DNA of 64,000 bases from Chlamydiota bacterium (GCA_013287915.1 JABDCX010000001.1:8876-72875); one strand, 5' to 3'; shown: positions 17,678 to 26,949, counted from the first letter of the stretch. A program made the numbers and translations. The notes: a model not told the origin generated them from the letters alone.

Positions 17678-19186
17678 ATGAAAGTTGTTTCTGCAAAGCA
17701 AATGGCGCACATCGAATCGTTAGCATATCGCGACGGTGCCTCCGAACACGACTTTATGGAAGAGGCGGGCAGCGGCGTTGCTCTCGTTGTCCACGACTAT
17801 GCAGAAAGGCATAATACAGACCGTGTTATCATTCTCCTATGTGGAAAGGGAAACAACGGAGGCGATGCCTATGTTACAGGGATCCATCTCCTCCATCTAG
17901 AATACGAAGTGTTCGCCATCCAAGTCGCTCCCATTGCCGAATGCACGACCCTCTGCCGCGAAAATTATGAACGCTTTATAGAAGAGGGTGGACGCCTTGC
18001 GGAGACGCTCCAAGAATTTCCTACAAACGGGATCATCGTCGACGGCTTGTTTGGAACGGGATTTCACGGCGCAATCGAAGAACCTTATGCCGCTATCGTC
18101 GCTCTCGCTAACCATTCAGGACTTCCCATCATTGCCATCGATATCCCTTCAGGCTTAAATGGCGAAACTGGAATCGTCGAAGGGGAGGCCATTGTAGCCA
18201 CGGAAACAGCCTTTTTGGGACTACCTAAGACAGGTTTTTTTCTCAACGAAGGCTGGAATCACGTCGGGAAATTGGTCCCTGTCGATTTTGGCCTGCCAAA
18301 ACAATACATCGATGAATGTGAAACCAATCTCATCATGCTCTCTCACGAATTGCTCAACCCGCTTTTGCCGCCCCTCAAGCGCAACCGGCATAAATATGAA
18401 GCGGGCTATGTCGTTGGATTGGCGGGTTCACCTACCATGCCGGGGGCTGCGATGCTCTCCTCACTGGCCGCCTTGCGAGGGGGTGCTGGGATCGTCAAGC
18501 TCCTTCACCCCAAAGGAATGGAAGCAGAACTGTCAGTGAGCCCTTATGAACTGATTCGCGTGCCCTACACACCTCATGAAATCGATATGATGGTGCCATT
18601 GCTCAATAAAGCCTCTGCAACCTTCATTGGACCTGGCCTTGGACAAAGCGCAGAGACAAAGAAATTGCTGCTCACCTTGGTCCCCCGCTTGGAAAAACCG
18701 TGCGTCATCGATGCCGATGCATTGAAAATCATTTCCGATAGCAAAGTGCCGTTTCCCAAACACGCCGTTTTGACACCGCATCATGGGGAGATGATGCATT
18801 TGCTCAAAATGAGTACACAACCCCGATTGACTCTCTCCTTTCTAGAAACCTGTCAAGCATTTGCCGAAGAACACGACATCACTCTCGTCCTGAAAGGAGC
18901 GCCCACATTTATTTTCCAACCACGCCATCCCTACATCGTTAATCCGACTGGCGACCCAGGCATGGCAACAGCTGGGTGCGGCGACGTGCTCACAGGCCTC
19001 ATTGCTGCCCTTTTAGCTCAAAAACTGCAACCGCACGACGCCGCATCTCTGGGCGTCTTTCTCCACGGGCTTGCCGGAGAGATCGCCTCAGAGGACGCCA
19101 CATCGTATGGCGTGATTGCGTCTGACCTGATCTTCCGCTTCCCCGAAGCCTTCAAAATCATCCAAATGCGTGTTGGTGTTGTTTAA
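17678..19186 (+). CDS. nnr: Bifunctional NAD(P)H-hydrate repair enzyme (epimerase/ADP-dependent dehydratase, YjeF/Nnr)
   Basis: Contains the YjeF_N motif LCGKGNNGGDAYV, a C-terminal carbohydrate-kinase part with HKYEAGYV, and GDPGMATAGCGDVLTG. An alternative GTG start at 17669 overlaps the gpsA stop (GTGA). Confidence 0.9.
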   Translation: MKVVSAKQMAHIESLAYRDGASEHDFMEEAGSGVALVVHDYAERHNTDRVIILLCGKGNNGGDAYVTGIHLLHLEYEVFAIQVAPIAECTTLCRENYERFIEEGGRLAETLQEFPTNGIIVDGLFGTGFHGAIEEPYAAIVALANHSGLPIIAIDIPSGLNGETGIVEGEAIVATETAFLGLPKTGFFLNEGWNHVGKLVPVDFGLPKQYIDECETNLIMLSHELLNPLLPPLKRNRHKYEAGYVVGLAGSPTMPGAAMLSSLAALRGGAGIVKLLHPKGMEAELSVSPYELIRVPYTPHEIDMMVPLLNKASATFIGPGLGQSAETKKLLLTLVPRLEKPCVIDADALKIISDSKVPFPKHAVLTPHHGEMMHLLKMSTQPRLTLSFLETCQAFAEEHDITLVLKGAPTFIFQPRHPYIVNPTGDPGMATAGCGDVLTGLIAALLAQKLQPHDAASLGVFLHGLAGEIASEDATSYGVIASDLIFRFPEAFKIIQMRVGVV

Positions 19187-19248
19187 AAAATCAGTCGCCC
19201 TTCGCTGACGCTCCGGACTCTCGAACTTGATGAGAAAATCGGCTTTCC

Positions 19249-19286
19249 AAAAAAAAGAGGACTTAAGACGTGTGCCTTAAGTCCTC
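19249..19286 (-). terminator. Rho-independent terminator of OMP paralog 1 (shared hairpin family)
   Basis: GAGGACTTAAG-N8-CTTAAGTCCTC is followed on the minus strand by a run of eight T. It lies 33 nt downstream of the stop at 19319. Confidence 0.7.
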
Positions 19287-19318
19287 TTCATAATTCACGC
19301 GATGAACGCTTCTTTCAA

Positions 19319-20530
19319 TTAGAAACCGAGCATGGCGGAGAAGGTGACCCCTTGCATGGTGAGGTCGCCGGTTTTGCCATTATGGATTCCATTGACTTTA
19401 TAAGTTTTGTCCAAGCCCTCAGTTGCAAAGTTGAAGTGATTGAGATCGTAGAAGGCGTGATGTTCCCACGCAACGATGAATGCAAAGGGGTGCATGCAAC
19501 CGCAGCACTCAAAGCAATGCTCCCATTTCAAACCAATGCCGAGGTCAGCCATGGTGACGGTGCAACGATCTGGGCCACCGCCATGCGCATCGTAGTTAAA
19601 TTCATTCACATTGGCCACATTCCCTAGTTGCCCTTCTTTACTTGAGCGATCAAATGTTCCAAACACCAAGGAAGCTGCCGCCCCCCCGATGAGTGACACA
19701 CCGCAACCTAAGCGAATTTCCGCACAAAAACCGGCCCTAGGACCAATCCCGCGAAAATCGCTCGAAGATTTCACAACAGAATCGAAGGACTCCACTATCA
19801 TTGCGGAAACGGAATTCGAAGCTGGGCTACCTTGGATAGTACCTGTTGCTTCCACATGGTATCCTTGATCGATACGAGCGGCTCTTAATCCGATAAAAGG
19901 TCTTAAAATGAAGCAATGGTTAACAAAATAGGTTTTTGCAAATTCCAAATCCAACAGATCTAAATCCAATGTCCAGCGAGCATCTGCGACTGTAAAATTC
20001 GTTCCTGCATCGCGCACCCAATCGCTCATGAAAAATATGTTGTTAGTTGGATCAGAAGCGCCATCAGCAGATGCTTTTGAGTGAAAATGGGTCCAATTCA
20101 ATGCGGCATCCCAACAATCACAAGGGGAGTAATAGCCAAACCCAAGCCGAAATCCTGTGTCAAACTTAAAATTAGGATCAGCAGCATGCGATTCATTCGT
20201 AAGGACAGTATCTTCCCCAATTTCTGAATTGATCAATGACTCCGATTTCCCTAGCTCAAGTCCATCTGAGCAGGGTCTCCAATACAAAATGTCGAAGCGG
20301 CCGCTTAAACTGTTGCACGCCCCGCAATTAGCCTGGTTGCCACATTGCATATAGGCGGAAGGGTTATAACCGAGCCCGCATTGAGGTGCTTCTGGGCAAT
20401 TGGTCAGACAACAGCAATCATTTTGAACGGCACAGTTGTTCTGAGAGGACACGCCTTCGACTGTAGACATTAGAACAACGCCAAACAACAGAACCGTACT
20501 TAACCTTCCGATGAAACTCTGCAAAAACAT
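19319..20530 (-). CDS. Cysteine-rich outer-membrane beta-barrel protein, paralog 1 of 4 (chlamydial OmpA/MOMP-like family)
   Basis: Signal peptide, an N-terminal Cys-rich module (CCCLTNCPEAPQCGLGYNPSAYMQCGNQANCGAC), invariant RFDILYWRPCSDGLELGK, a CFECCGCMHPF loop, and a C-terminal ...SAMLGF beta-signal. It is clearly paralogous to the three upstream genes. Confidence 0.85.
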   Translation of the reverse strand: MFLQSFIGRLSTVLLFGVVLMSTVEGVSSQNNCAVQNDCCCLTNCPEAPQCGLGYNPSAYMQCGNQANCGACNSLSGRFDILYWRPCSDGLELGKSESLINSEIGEDTVLTNESHAADPNFKFDTGFRLGFGYYSPCDCWDAALNWTHFHSKASADGASDPTNNIFFMSDWVRDAGTNFTVADARWTLDLDLLDLEFAKTYFVNHCFILRPFIGLRAARIDQGYHVEATGTIQGSPASNSVSAMIVESFDSVVKSSSDFRGIGPRAGFCAEIRLGCGVSLIGGAAASLVFGTFDRSSKEGQLGNVANVNEFNYDAHGGGPDRCTVTMADLGIGLKWEHCFECCGCMHPFAFIVAWEHHAFYDLNHFNFATEGLDKTYKVNGIHNGKTGDLTMQGVTFSAMLGF

Positions 20531-20608
20531 AACCCTCCTAAAGATTGGATCAACCCAAATTTTTTATCTAATTCAACCACATAACTTAATTTGAATATAT
20601 CAATCAAC

Positions 20609-20647
20609 AAAAAAAAAGAGGACTTAAGGCATGTGCCTTAAGTCCTC
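20609..20647 (-). terminator. Rho-independent terminator of OMP paralog 2
   Basis: GAGGACTTAAGGC-ATGT-GCCTTAAGTCCTC (13-bp stem) is followed on the minus strand by nine T. Confidence 0.75.
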
Positions 20648-20679
20648 ATCACAATTCACGCAATGAACGCTACTTTCAA

Positions 20680-21918
20680 TTAGAAGCCGATCATGGCTGA
20701 AACGGTCAACCCTTGCATACTGAGGTCGCCAGTTTTGCCATCGTGGATTCCATTTACAGTACCGTTCGCTGTCAACCCTTCAGCAGCAAAGTTGAAGTGG
20801 TTGAGGTCGTAGAAAGCGTGTTGTTCCCAAGCGAATACCAGAGCAAATGGGTGCATGTTTCCACAGCACTCAAAGCAGTGTTCCAACATGATCCCAATGC
20901 CAAGATCAGCTGTTGTCACAGTGCAACGGTCTGGACCACCACCGTGTGGGTCGTAATTAAATTCGCTAAATGGAGAAGTTCCAGATTGCGTAAACGCTTC
21001 AGAAGAATGGCGGTTGAAACTTCCAAACAGTAACGAAGCAGCAGCGCCTCCAACGAGAGACACACCACAGCCGAGTCTGATTTGTAAATCCATCCCAGCA
21101 CGAGGCCCAATCCCACGGAAGTCGCTTCTTGAATCAACGTTCGACATGAAATCGAAAGAAGAACCTGTTCGGACAGCTTCCACATGGTACCCTTGGTCAA
21201 TGCGTGCTGCTCTTAAGCCAAAGAATGGTCTTAAGATAAAGCAGTGATTGACAAAGTACTTTTGTGCAAACTCGAGGTCCAAGACGTCCATATCCAACGT
21301 CCAACGGGATTCGATCTCAGTTGGGTATTGCCCAGAAAGGCGCTCCCAATTGCTTACAAATTGTGTGTAAGGAGCAGTTGTGGATACACCACCTGCACCG
21401 TCAGCATTCGCTTTTGCGTGGAAGTGGGTCCAGTTTAAAGCGATGTCCCAGCAATTCGATGGGCAATTATAGCTAAGGCCCAATCTAAAGCCTGTGTCAA
21501 ACTTGAAATTAGGATCGACTGCGTGCGACTCGTTCGTCAAGACTGTATCATCCCCGACTAAAGAAGAAACAAACGATTCCTCTTTTCCTAACTCAAGCCC
21601 GTCTGAACAGGGTCTCCAGTAAAGGATGTCAAAACGTCCGCCAAGGTTGTCCATGGCACTGCAGCATGTGCGATCGCCACATTGGAGATGCGCTGATGGG
21701 TTATAACCCAACCCGCATTGAGGGGCTGGATTGCACCATGTGAAGCAGCAGCCATCACTTTGGCCACAGTTGTTATTTTGAACACAGTTACTATCACCTT
21801 GCACCATGCCATTATTTACATAGCGACTGGTGATTGAATCGGCCATGACAGCCGCAGTTGAAAATACAGTTGCGACTACCAAAACAGTACCCGCAACCTG
21901 TTTGAAAATCATATTCAT
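20680..21918 (-). CDS. Cysteine-rich outer-membrane beta-barrel protein, paralog 2 of 4
   Basis: Same architecture (WCNPAPQCGLGYNPSAHLQCG, RFDILYWRPCSDGLELGK, CFECCGNMHPF, terminal ...AMIGF). The ORF track extends to 21987. The ATG at 21918 (MNMIFKQVAGTVLVV...) lies 7 nt after GGAGAG and starts the signal peptide. Confidence 0.85.
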   Translation of the reverse strand: MNMIFKQVAGTVLVVATVFSTAAVMADSITSRYVNNGMVQGDSNCVQNNNCGQSDGCCFTWCNPAPQCGLGYNPSAHLQCGDRTCCSAMDNLGGRFDILYWRPCSDGLELGKEESFVSSLVGDDTVLTNESHAVDPNFKFDTGFRLGLSYNCPSNCWDIALNWTHFHAKANADGAGGVSTTAPYTQFVSNWERLSGQYPTEIESRWTLDMDVLDLEFAQKYFVNHCFILRPFFGLRAARIDQGYHVEAVRTGSSFDFMSNVDSRSDFRGIGPRAGMDLQIRLGCGVSLVGGAAASLLFGSFNRHSSEAFTQSGTSPFSEFNYDPHGGGPDRCTVTTADLGIGIMLEHCFECCGNMHPFALVFAWEQHAFYDLNHFNFAAEGLTANGTVNGIHDGKTGDLSMQGLTVSAMIGF

Positions 21919-22076
21919 GTCCATTCTCTCCTTGTAAGCATTCAACCCTAACTTGCCTTCACAGCCATTTATGAAACCGAAAGACACAAGTCAGGTTTAT
22001 AAACCCATCGCCATACGGTGGCAATGAATTTTTCAATTTAATCGAATACATAAACTATTTGGTATAATTTCACAAC

Positions 22077-22114
22077 AAAAAAAAGAGGACTTAAGGCAAA
22101 TGCCTTAAGTCCTC
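22077..22114 (-). terminator. Rho-independent terminator of OMP paralog 3
   Basis: GAGGACTTAAGGC-AAAT-GCCTTAAGTCCTC is followed on the minus strand by eight T. Confidence 0.75.
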
Positions 22115-22147
22115 GTCACAAATTACGCTATGTGAGCTTTTCTACGC

Positions 22148-23371
22148 TTAGAACCCAATGACCGCAGAAACTGTCAACCCTTGCATACTGAGGTCACCAG
22201 TTTTGCCATCGTGAATTCCATTCACAGCACCTGCATTTGTCAACCCTTCAGCAGCAAAGTTGAAGTGGTTGAGGTCGTAGAACGCATGTTGTTCCCACGC
22301 AAACGCGAGCGAGAATGGGTGCATGCATCCACAGCACTCAAAGCAGTGTTCCCACATGAGCCCAATCGCGAAATCCGCCATTGTCACCGTGCAGCGATCT
22401 GGGCCGCCACCGTGTGGGTCATAGTTAAATTCGCTAAATGGGCCAGCTATTGTAGGCGCTGGTCTTGAATACGCTTCGCTTGAATGGCGATCAAATGTCC
22501 CAAATACTAAAGATGCTGCTGCACCCCCAAAGAGAGAGACGCCGCAGCCCAGTCTGATTTGGGCATCCATCCCGACGCGAGGACCAATCCCACGGAAATC
22601 GCTCTTCGAATCAGCATTCGATGCAAAATTGTTCGCAGTCACTGCATCGCCTACTCTTTCAGCTTCGACATGGTACCCTTGATCAATGCGTGCCGCTCTT
22701 AAGCCGAAGAACGGTCTTAAGATAAAGCAGTGATTGACGTAGTACTTTTGTGCAAACTCGAGATCCAACAGATCCATATCTAACGTCCAACGCGCTTCGA
22801 TGTCTGTTGGATAATTGCCTGCAAGACGTTCCCAGTCGCTTACAAATTGTGTGTAAGGCGCTGTTGTGGTCGTACCACCTGCCCCGTCAGCATTCGCTTT
22901 TGCGTGGAAGTGTGTCCAGTTCAAAGAAACATCCCAGCAATCGCATGGGCAATAGTAGCCAAGCCCAAAGCGGAACCCAGTGTCAAACTTGAACTTTAGG
23001 TCAGCTGCATGAGACTCGTTCGTTAAAACTGTGTCATCGCCAACTGAAGAGGATGTGAAAGACTCCGCCTTCCCTAACTCAAGCCCATCAGAACATGGTC
23101 TCCAGTAAAGGATATCAAAACGGCCGCTAACGTTGTCCATGGCTCCACAGCAAGGATGGTTTCCACATTGCAGGTGAGCAGATGGGTTGTAGCCCAAGCC
23201 ACACTGAGGTGCAGGATTGCACCATGACAAATTACAGCAATCGTTTTGTGGATTGCAGTTGTTTGGTGCGCAATTGTTCGCATCAGCAGCTGCGAGATGC
23301 GCTGTTGATGACAAAGCACAGAACATCAACGATGTTACCGTGATTTGACTTAATAATTGACTTATCTTCAT
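22148..23371 (-). CDS. Cysteine-rich outer-membrane beta-barrel protein, paralog 3 of 4
   Basis: Signal peptide, CCNLSWCNPAPQCGLGYNPSAHLQCGNHPCCGAMDNVSGRFDILYWRPCSDGLELGK, and terminal ...AVIGF. Confidence 0.85.
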   Translation of the reverse strand: MKISQLLSQITVTSLMFCALSSTAHLAAADANNCAPNNCNPQNDCCNLSWCNPAPQCGLGYNPSAHLQCGNHPCCGAMDNVSGRFDILYWRPCSDGLELGKAESFTSSSVGDDTVLTNESHAADLKFKFDTGFRFGLGYYCPCDCWDVSLNWTHFHAKANADGAGGTTTTAPYTQFVSDWERLAGNYPTDIEARWTLDMDLLDLEFAQKYYVNHCFILRPFFGLRAARIDQGYHVEAERVGDAVTANNFASNADSKSDFRGIGPRVGMDAQIRLGCGVSLFGGAAASLVFGTFDRHSSEAYSRPAPTIAGPFSEFNYDPHGGGPDRCTVTMADFAIGLMWEHCFECCGCMHPFSLAFAWEQHAFYDLNHFNFAAEGLTNAGAVNGIHDGKTGDLSMQGLTVSAVIGF

Positions 23372-23412
23372 AACGCTCCTTTTGTACGTTCTTTTAAATT
23401 TAATTCTCTAAA

Positions 23413-24621
23413 TTAGAAGCCCACCATTGCAGAAACGGTCAACCCTTGGGTGGTCAAATCGCCCACTTTGCCATTGTGAATCCCGTTCACTTTACCTACA
23501 CTCGTCAGCCCTTCAGCAGCAAAGTTGAAATGGTTAAGGTCGTAGAAAGCGTGGTGTTCCCAGGCAAACGCGAGGGCAAAGGGGTGGGTGCATCCACAGC
23601 ATTCAAAGCAGTGTTCGAACTTCAAACCGATTGCCATGTCAGTCATCGTAACCGTGCACCGACCTGGGCCGCCGCCGTGGGGGTCGTACTCGTCGAAAGC
23701 TGGGCTTGTGCCAGTTGTAAACTCTTCTGAGGAGTGGCGATCAAATGTGCCAAACACAAGAGCTGCTGCTGCACCGCCAAATAGTGACACGCCACAACCT
23801 AATCTGATCTCCATGTCGAGACCAGCGCGTGGACCAATCCCACGGAAATCGCTCTTCGAATTAACATTCGATGCAAAATCGGTCGAAACTGCTGGGTTCG
23901 AAGCCTGTACAGCTTCGACATGGTACCCTTGATCGATGCGAGCCGCTCTCAGACCGATATATGGTCTTAAGATAAAGCAGTGATTTACAAAATACTTCTT
24001 TGCAAATTCGAGATCTACGATGTCCATATCCAACGTCCAACGCGATTCAATAGCCGTTGGGTATTCGCCGGCATAACGCTCCCAATCGCTGACAAATGTC
24101 GTGTATGGGAGGGTTGTCCCGATCTGGCCAGCGCCATCGGATTCTGCTTTTGCGTGGAAATGGATCCAGTTTAACGAAACATCCCAGCAGTCACAGGGGC
24201 AATAGTAGCCAATCCCCAGTCTGAAGCCTGTGTCGAATTTAAAATTAGGATCAGCTGCACGCGACTCGTTTGTCAAAACGACATCGTCTCCAACTTGGGA
24301 TTGTGTGAATGACTCCGCTTTCCCTAGTTCAAGCCCATCTGAGCAGGGTCTCCAGTAGAGAACATCGATGCGACCGCTGACATTATCTGATGCTCCACAG
24401 CAAGGGCGGTTTCCACATTGCATGTGTGCAGAGGGGTTATACGCGCAAGGACATTGAGGAGCTGGATTGCACCATGTCAAGCAGCAGTTGTCGTTTTGTT
24501 TACAGTTTGCGTTTTGCGGAGCACAATTAACAGTATCAGCTGCAACTGGTGCAGTGACTGACATAGCAACAACCACCGATAACGCTGTGGTGACCTTGCT
24601 CAAGAACCTACTTATTTGCAT
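23413..24621 (-). CDS. Cysteine-rich outer-membrane beta-barrel protein, paralog 4 of 4 (first in transcription order)
   Basis: Signal peptide, CCLTWCNPAPQCPCAYNPSAHMQCGNRPCCGASDNVSGRIDVLYWRPCSDGLELGK, and terminal ...AMVGF. Only 41 nt and no hairpin separate it from paralog 3, so the two are probably co-transcribed. Confidence 0.85.
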   Translation of the reverse strand: MQISRFLSKVTTALSVVVAMSVTAPVAADTVNCAPQNANCKQNDNCCLTWCNPAPQCPCAYNPSAHMQCGNRPCCGASDNVSGRIDVLYWRPCSDGLELGKAESFTQSQVGDDVVLTNESRAADPNFKFDTGFRLGIGYYCPCDCWDVSLNWIHFHAKAESDGAGQIGTTLPYTTFVSDWERYAGEYPTAIESRWTLDMDIVDLEFAKKYFVNHCFILRPYIGLRAARIDQGYHVEAVQASNPAVSTDFASNVNSKSDFRGIGPRAGLDMEIRLGCGVSLFGGAAAALVFGTFDRHSSEEFTTGTSPAFDEYDPHGGGPGRCTVTMTDMAIGLKFEHCFECCGCTHPFALAFAWEHHAFYDLNHFNFAAEGLTSVGKVNGIHNGKVGDLTTQGLTVSAMVGF

Positions 24622-25043
24622 ATCATTCCTCTTTATTGTTTTGTTTACTTAAAAGGCATCCTCTACAGCCCTCAATGGAGTCATCATACGCCTCACGGCA
24701 CGACAACAGCATGGTGGCGTTCTAAAATACTAATTATTTTTGATCCTGCTCCGAGATTTACACGAAGCGCCGTTTTTTTGCCAACATTAAACTTTGCTAA
24801 TTCAGAAACTGGATCTAACCACAAAAAAAATTTCCGCACCTTTCGCATTTTCTTTTGCAGAGGTATACTCATGACAGATTGAGTTTTTTTTTACAACAGC
24901 TCTTTTCAAATAAATTCACAACACTCAGATAATCAACGACTTTAAACTTGATTTTTGGACGTCTAAGAAGAACGCTTCTCTCTATATTCTCAAAGAAATC
25001 ACAAGTGCATCTGACATTAACGCGCTTTCGCATAGGCAATGGA

Positions 25044-25099
25044 GCCTTTCCCGCTGTGAATTCTTCGAGGAGACTCGAAGAATTCACAGCGGGAAAGGC
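25044..25099. repeat. Perfect 26-bp-stem inverted repeat with a GAGA (GNRA-type) loop in a 586-bp AT-rich intergenic region
   Basis: The sequence is GCCTTTCCCGCTGTGAATTCTTCGAG-GAGA-CTCGAAGAATTCACAGCGGGAAAGGC. No U-tract follows on either strand. Confidence 0.9.
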
Positions 25100-25207
25100 C
25101 CAATAACCTACTTCTTGACAAGCGTGCAGATGATCCTTTACTATAATGGATCAATAGGTTCTCTCTACAATTTCCTTACAAATGCCTTTTAGGAGTGTTT
25201 TTTATAC

Positions 25208-26395
25208 GTGCAGCCAAAAATCTTTCATGCAACAGACCACGACATCGATGCAAAAGCAATCGATCCCGATGCCATTTCGATCATCCAACGCCTCCTCGAT
25301 GCCGGCTTCAACGCCTACCTGGTTGGAGGCAGTGTTAGAGACCTGCTTCTCAAAAAACACCCAAAAGATTACGACATCTCCACCTCTGCAAGGCCTGAGC
25401 AGATCAAACGCCTCTTCACCAGACAATGCATCTTAATTGGACGCCGCTTTCGCCTGGCTCATATCCGGTACGGTCACAAAATCTTTGAAGTTTCCACCTT
25501 TCGAACAGGAGAGAATGACAGCGACCTGATCGTGCAAGACAATGCCTGGGGCACGCCTGAAGAGGATGTGCTGCGTAGAGACTTTACGATCAATGGTTTG
25601 TTTTACGATCCCACGACACACTCGATCATCGACTATGTAGGAGGGTGGGATGACATCCACAAAAGGCTCTTAAAAACGATTGGGGACCCTCTGGTGCGGT
25701 TTAAGCAGGATCCCGTTCGCATGATCCGCTTGCTGCGCTTCAAATCGCGCATCGGATTCGAAATCGAAGAAGAATCGCAAGAAGCCCTGCTCAAACTCAG
25801 TGAGGAGATCGTCAAGAGCTCTCCCGCTCGCATATTAGAAGAGATGTTGCGCATGCTCGAATCGGGTTACTCAAAAGAGTTCTTCATCCTTATGCAGGAA
25901 AATAAGCTATTACAACTTCTCTTTCCCACCCTTTCAAAGTTCCTAAAAAGCCGGTATGGCAATGAGGTTTATCAGCTGCTTGCTGCTGCAGATAACACCA
26001 TTCTCCACCACCCCAAGCACCACTTATCGAGGAGCTTGCTCGCTTCTTTACTCCTTTTCCCCATTCTTGAACGGGAGATCGATTACCACTACTTAAGAAA
26101 AAAGATCACGCCGAATTTTGGTGAAATCATGGCGCTGAGCGCGAACATCATCCGCGGCGTGCTCATCACGGCATTTTCCCATTTTCCACGCAAACTCAGC
26201 ACAGAGGTGCACTACATCCTTTCGATGCAATACCGCCTCACGCCTCTCTCAGGAAAGCAACACCACGGTCCGCGCACACTTCAGCACGCTGAATTTGCCC
26301 AGGCCTTACATCTCTTGCAACTCCGCTCTTTGGTGAATCCTGGCTTGAAAAAAGCCCATGCCTGGTGGGAGCAATTGCTCCTGGAAAAAAAGTGA
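25208..26395 (+). CDS. pcnB: Poly(A) polymerase / CCA-adding tRNA nucleotidyltransferase family protein
   Basis: Contains LVGGSVRDLLLKKHPKDYDISTSARPEQI, RRDFTINGLFYD and DPVRMIRLLRF, the class II nucleotidyltransferase head and neck. It starts at a GTG. Poly(A) versus CCA specificity cannot be told by eye. Confidence 0.8.
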   Translation: MQPKIFHATDHDIDAKAIDPDAISIIQRLLDAGFNAYLVGGSVRDLLLKKHPKDYDISTSARPEQIKRLFTRQCILIGRRFRLAHIRYGHKIFEVSTFRTGENDSDLIVQDNAWGTPEEDVLRRDFTINGLFYDPTTHSIIDYVGGWDDIHKRLLKTIGDPLVRFKQDPVRMIRLLRFKSRIGFEIEEESQEALLKLSEEIVKSSPARILEEMLRMLESGYSKEFFILMQENKLLQLLFPTLSKFLKSRYGNEVYQLLAAADNTILHHPKHHLSRSLLASLLLFPILEREIDYHYLRKKITPNFGEIMALSANIIRGVLITAFSHFPRKLSTEVHYILSMQYRLTPLSGKQHHGPRTLQHAEFAQALHLLQLRSLVNPGLKKAHAWWEQLLLEKK

Positions 26396-26474
26396 TGAAA
26401 GAAGAGCCCACCCAAGCCCAAACCACGGCTAAAGATCGATTCTAGAACACTCAGCTCAATTACCAAGATTCATT

Positions 26475-26949
26475 GATCCTATAGAGATATGCCGCCCTTT
26501 CAGGGCTCGCGTGATTTGTAATGATAAACCCAGGCCTCCGCTTCGCTCCGACCTGGGCTATGCTAGGCCGACCCTTCGGGTCTCAGCAGCAGACTGCTTA
26601 AGGTTTTTAGCAGTAGCTCCAGAACTAATTGAACGTGTTGTGAGGCCCAACGGGCCGGTATCTCATAGCCCAGGTCGGAGCGAAGCGGAGGCCTGGGTAA
26701 ACATGTACCCAATGACGAGCCCTGAAAGGGCGGCATATCACTGACCTGGGCTATGCTAGGCCGACCCTTCGGGTCTCAGCAGCAGACTGCTTAAGGTTTT
26801 TAGCAGTAGCTCCAGAACTAATTGAACGTGTTGTGAGGCCCAACGGGCCGGTATCTCATAGCCCAGGTCGGAGTGAGCGTCAGCGAGCGGAGGCCTGGGT
26901 AAACACGTACCCAATGACGAGCCCTGAAAGGGCGGCATATCACTGTAGG
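26475..26949. mobile_element. REP/MITE-like nested-palindrome element: one full copy (26475-26741) plus a tandem 5'-truncated second copy (26744-26949)
   Basis: Terminal inverted repeats are GATCCTATAGAGATATGCCGCCCTTTCAGGGCTCG ... CGAGCCCTGAAAGGGCGGCATATCAC. Inner inverted modules are ACCCAGGCCTCCGCTTCGCTCCGACCTGGGCTATG / CATAGCCCAGGTCGGAGCGAAGCGGAGGCCTGGGT, with small GACCC-TTCG-GGGTC hairpins. The 26551-26741 segment is repeated at 26744-26943. The same family occurs at 35858-36169 and 56114-56399. Confidence 0.85.

Noticed and set aside
25115-25147. Perfect TTGACA and TATAAT hexamers upstream of the pcnB-like gene
   Set aside because: The spacer is 21 nt, too long for a standard sigma-70/66 promoter. 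A weaker TTGACA-16-TTTACT reading is possible, so I did not list it as a feature.
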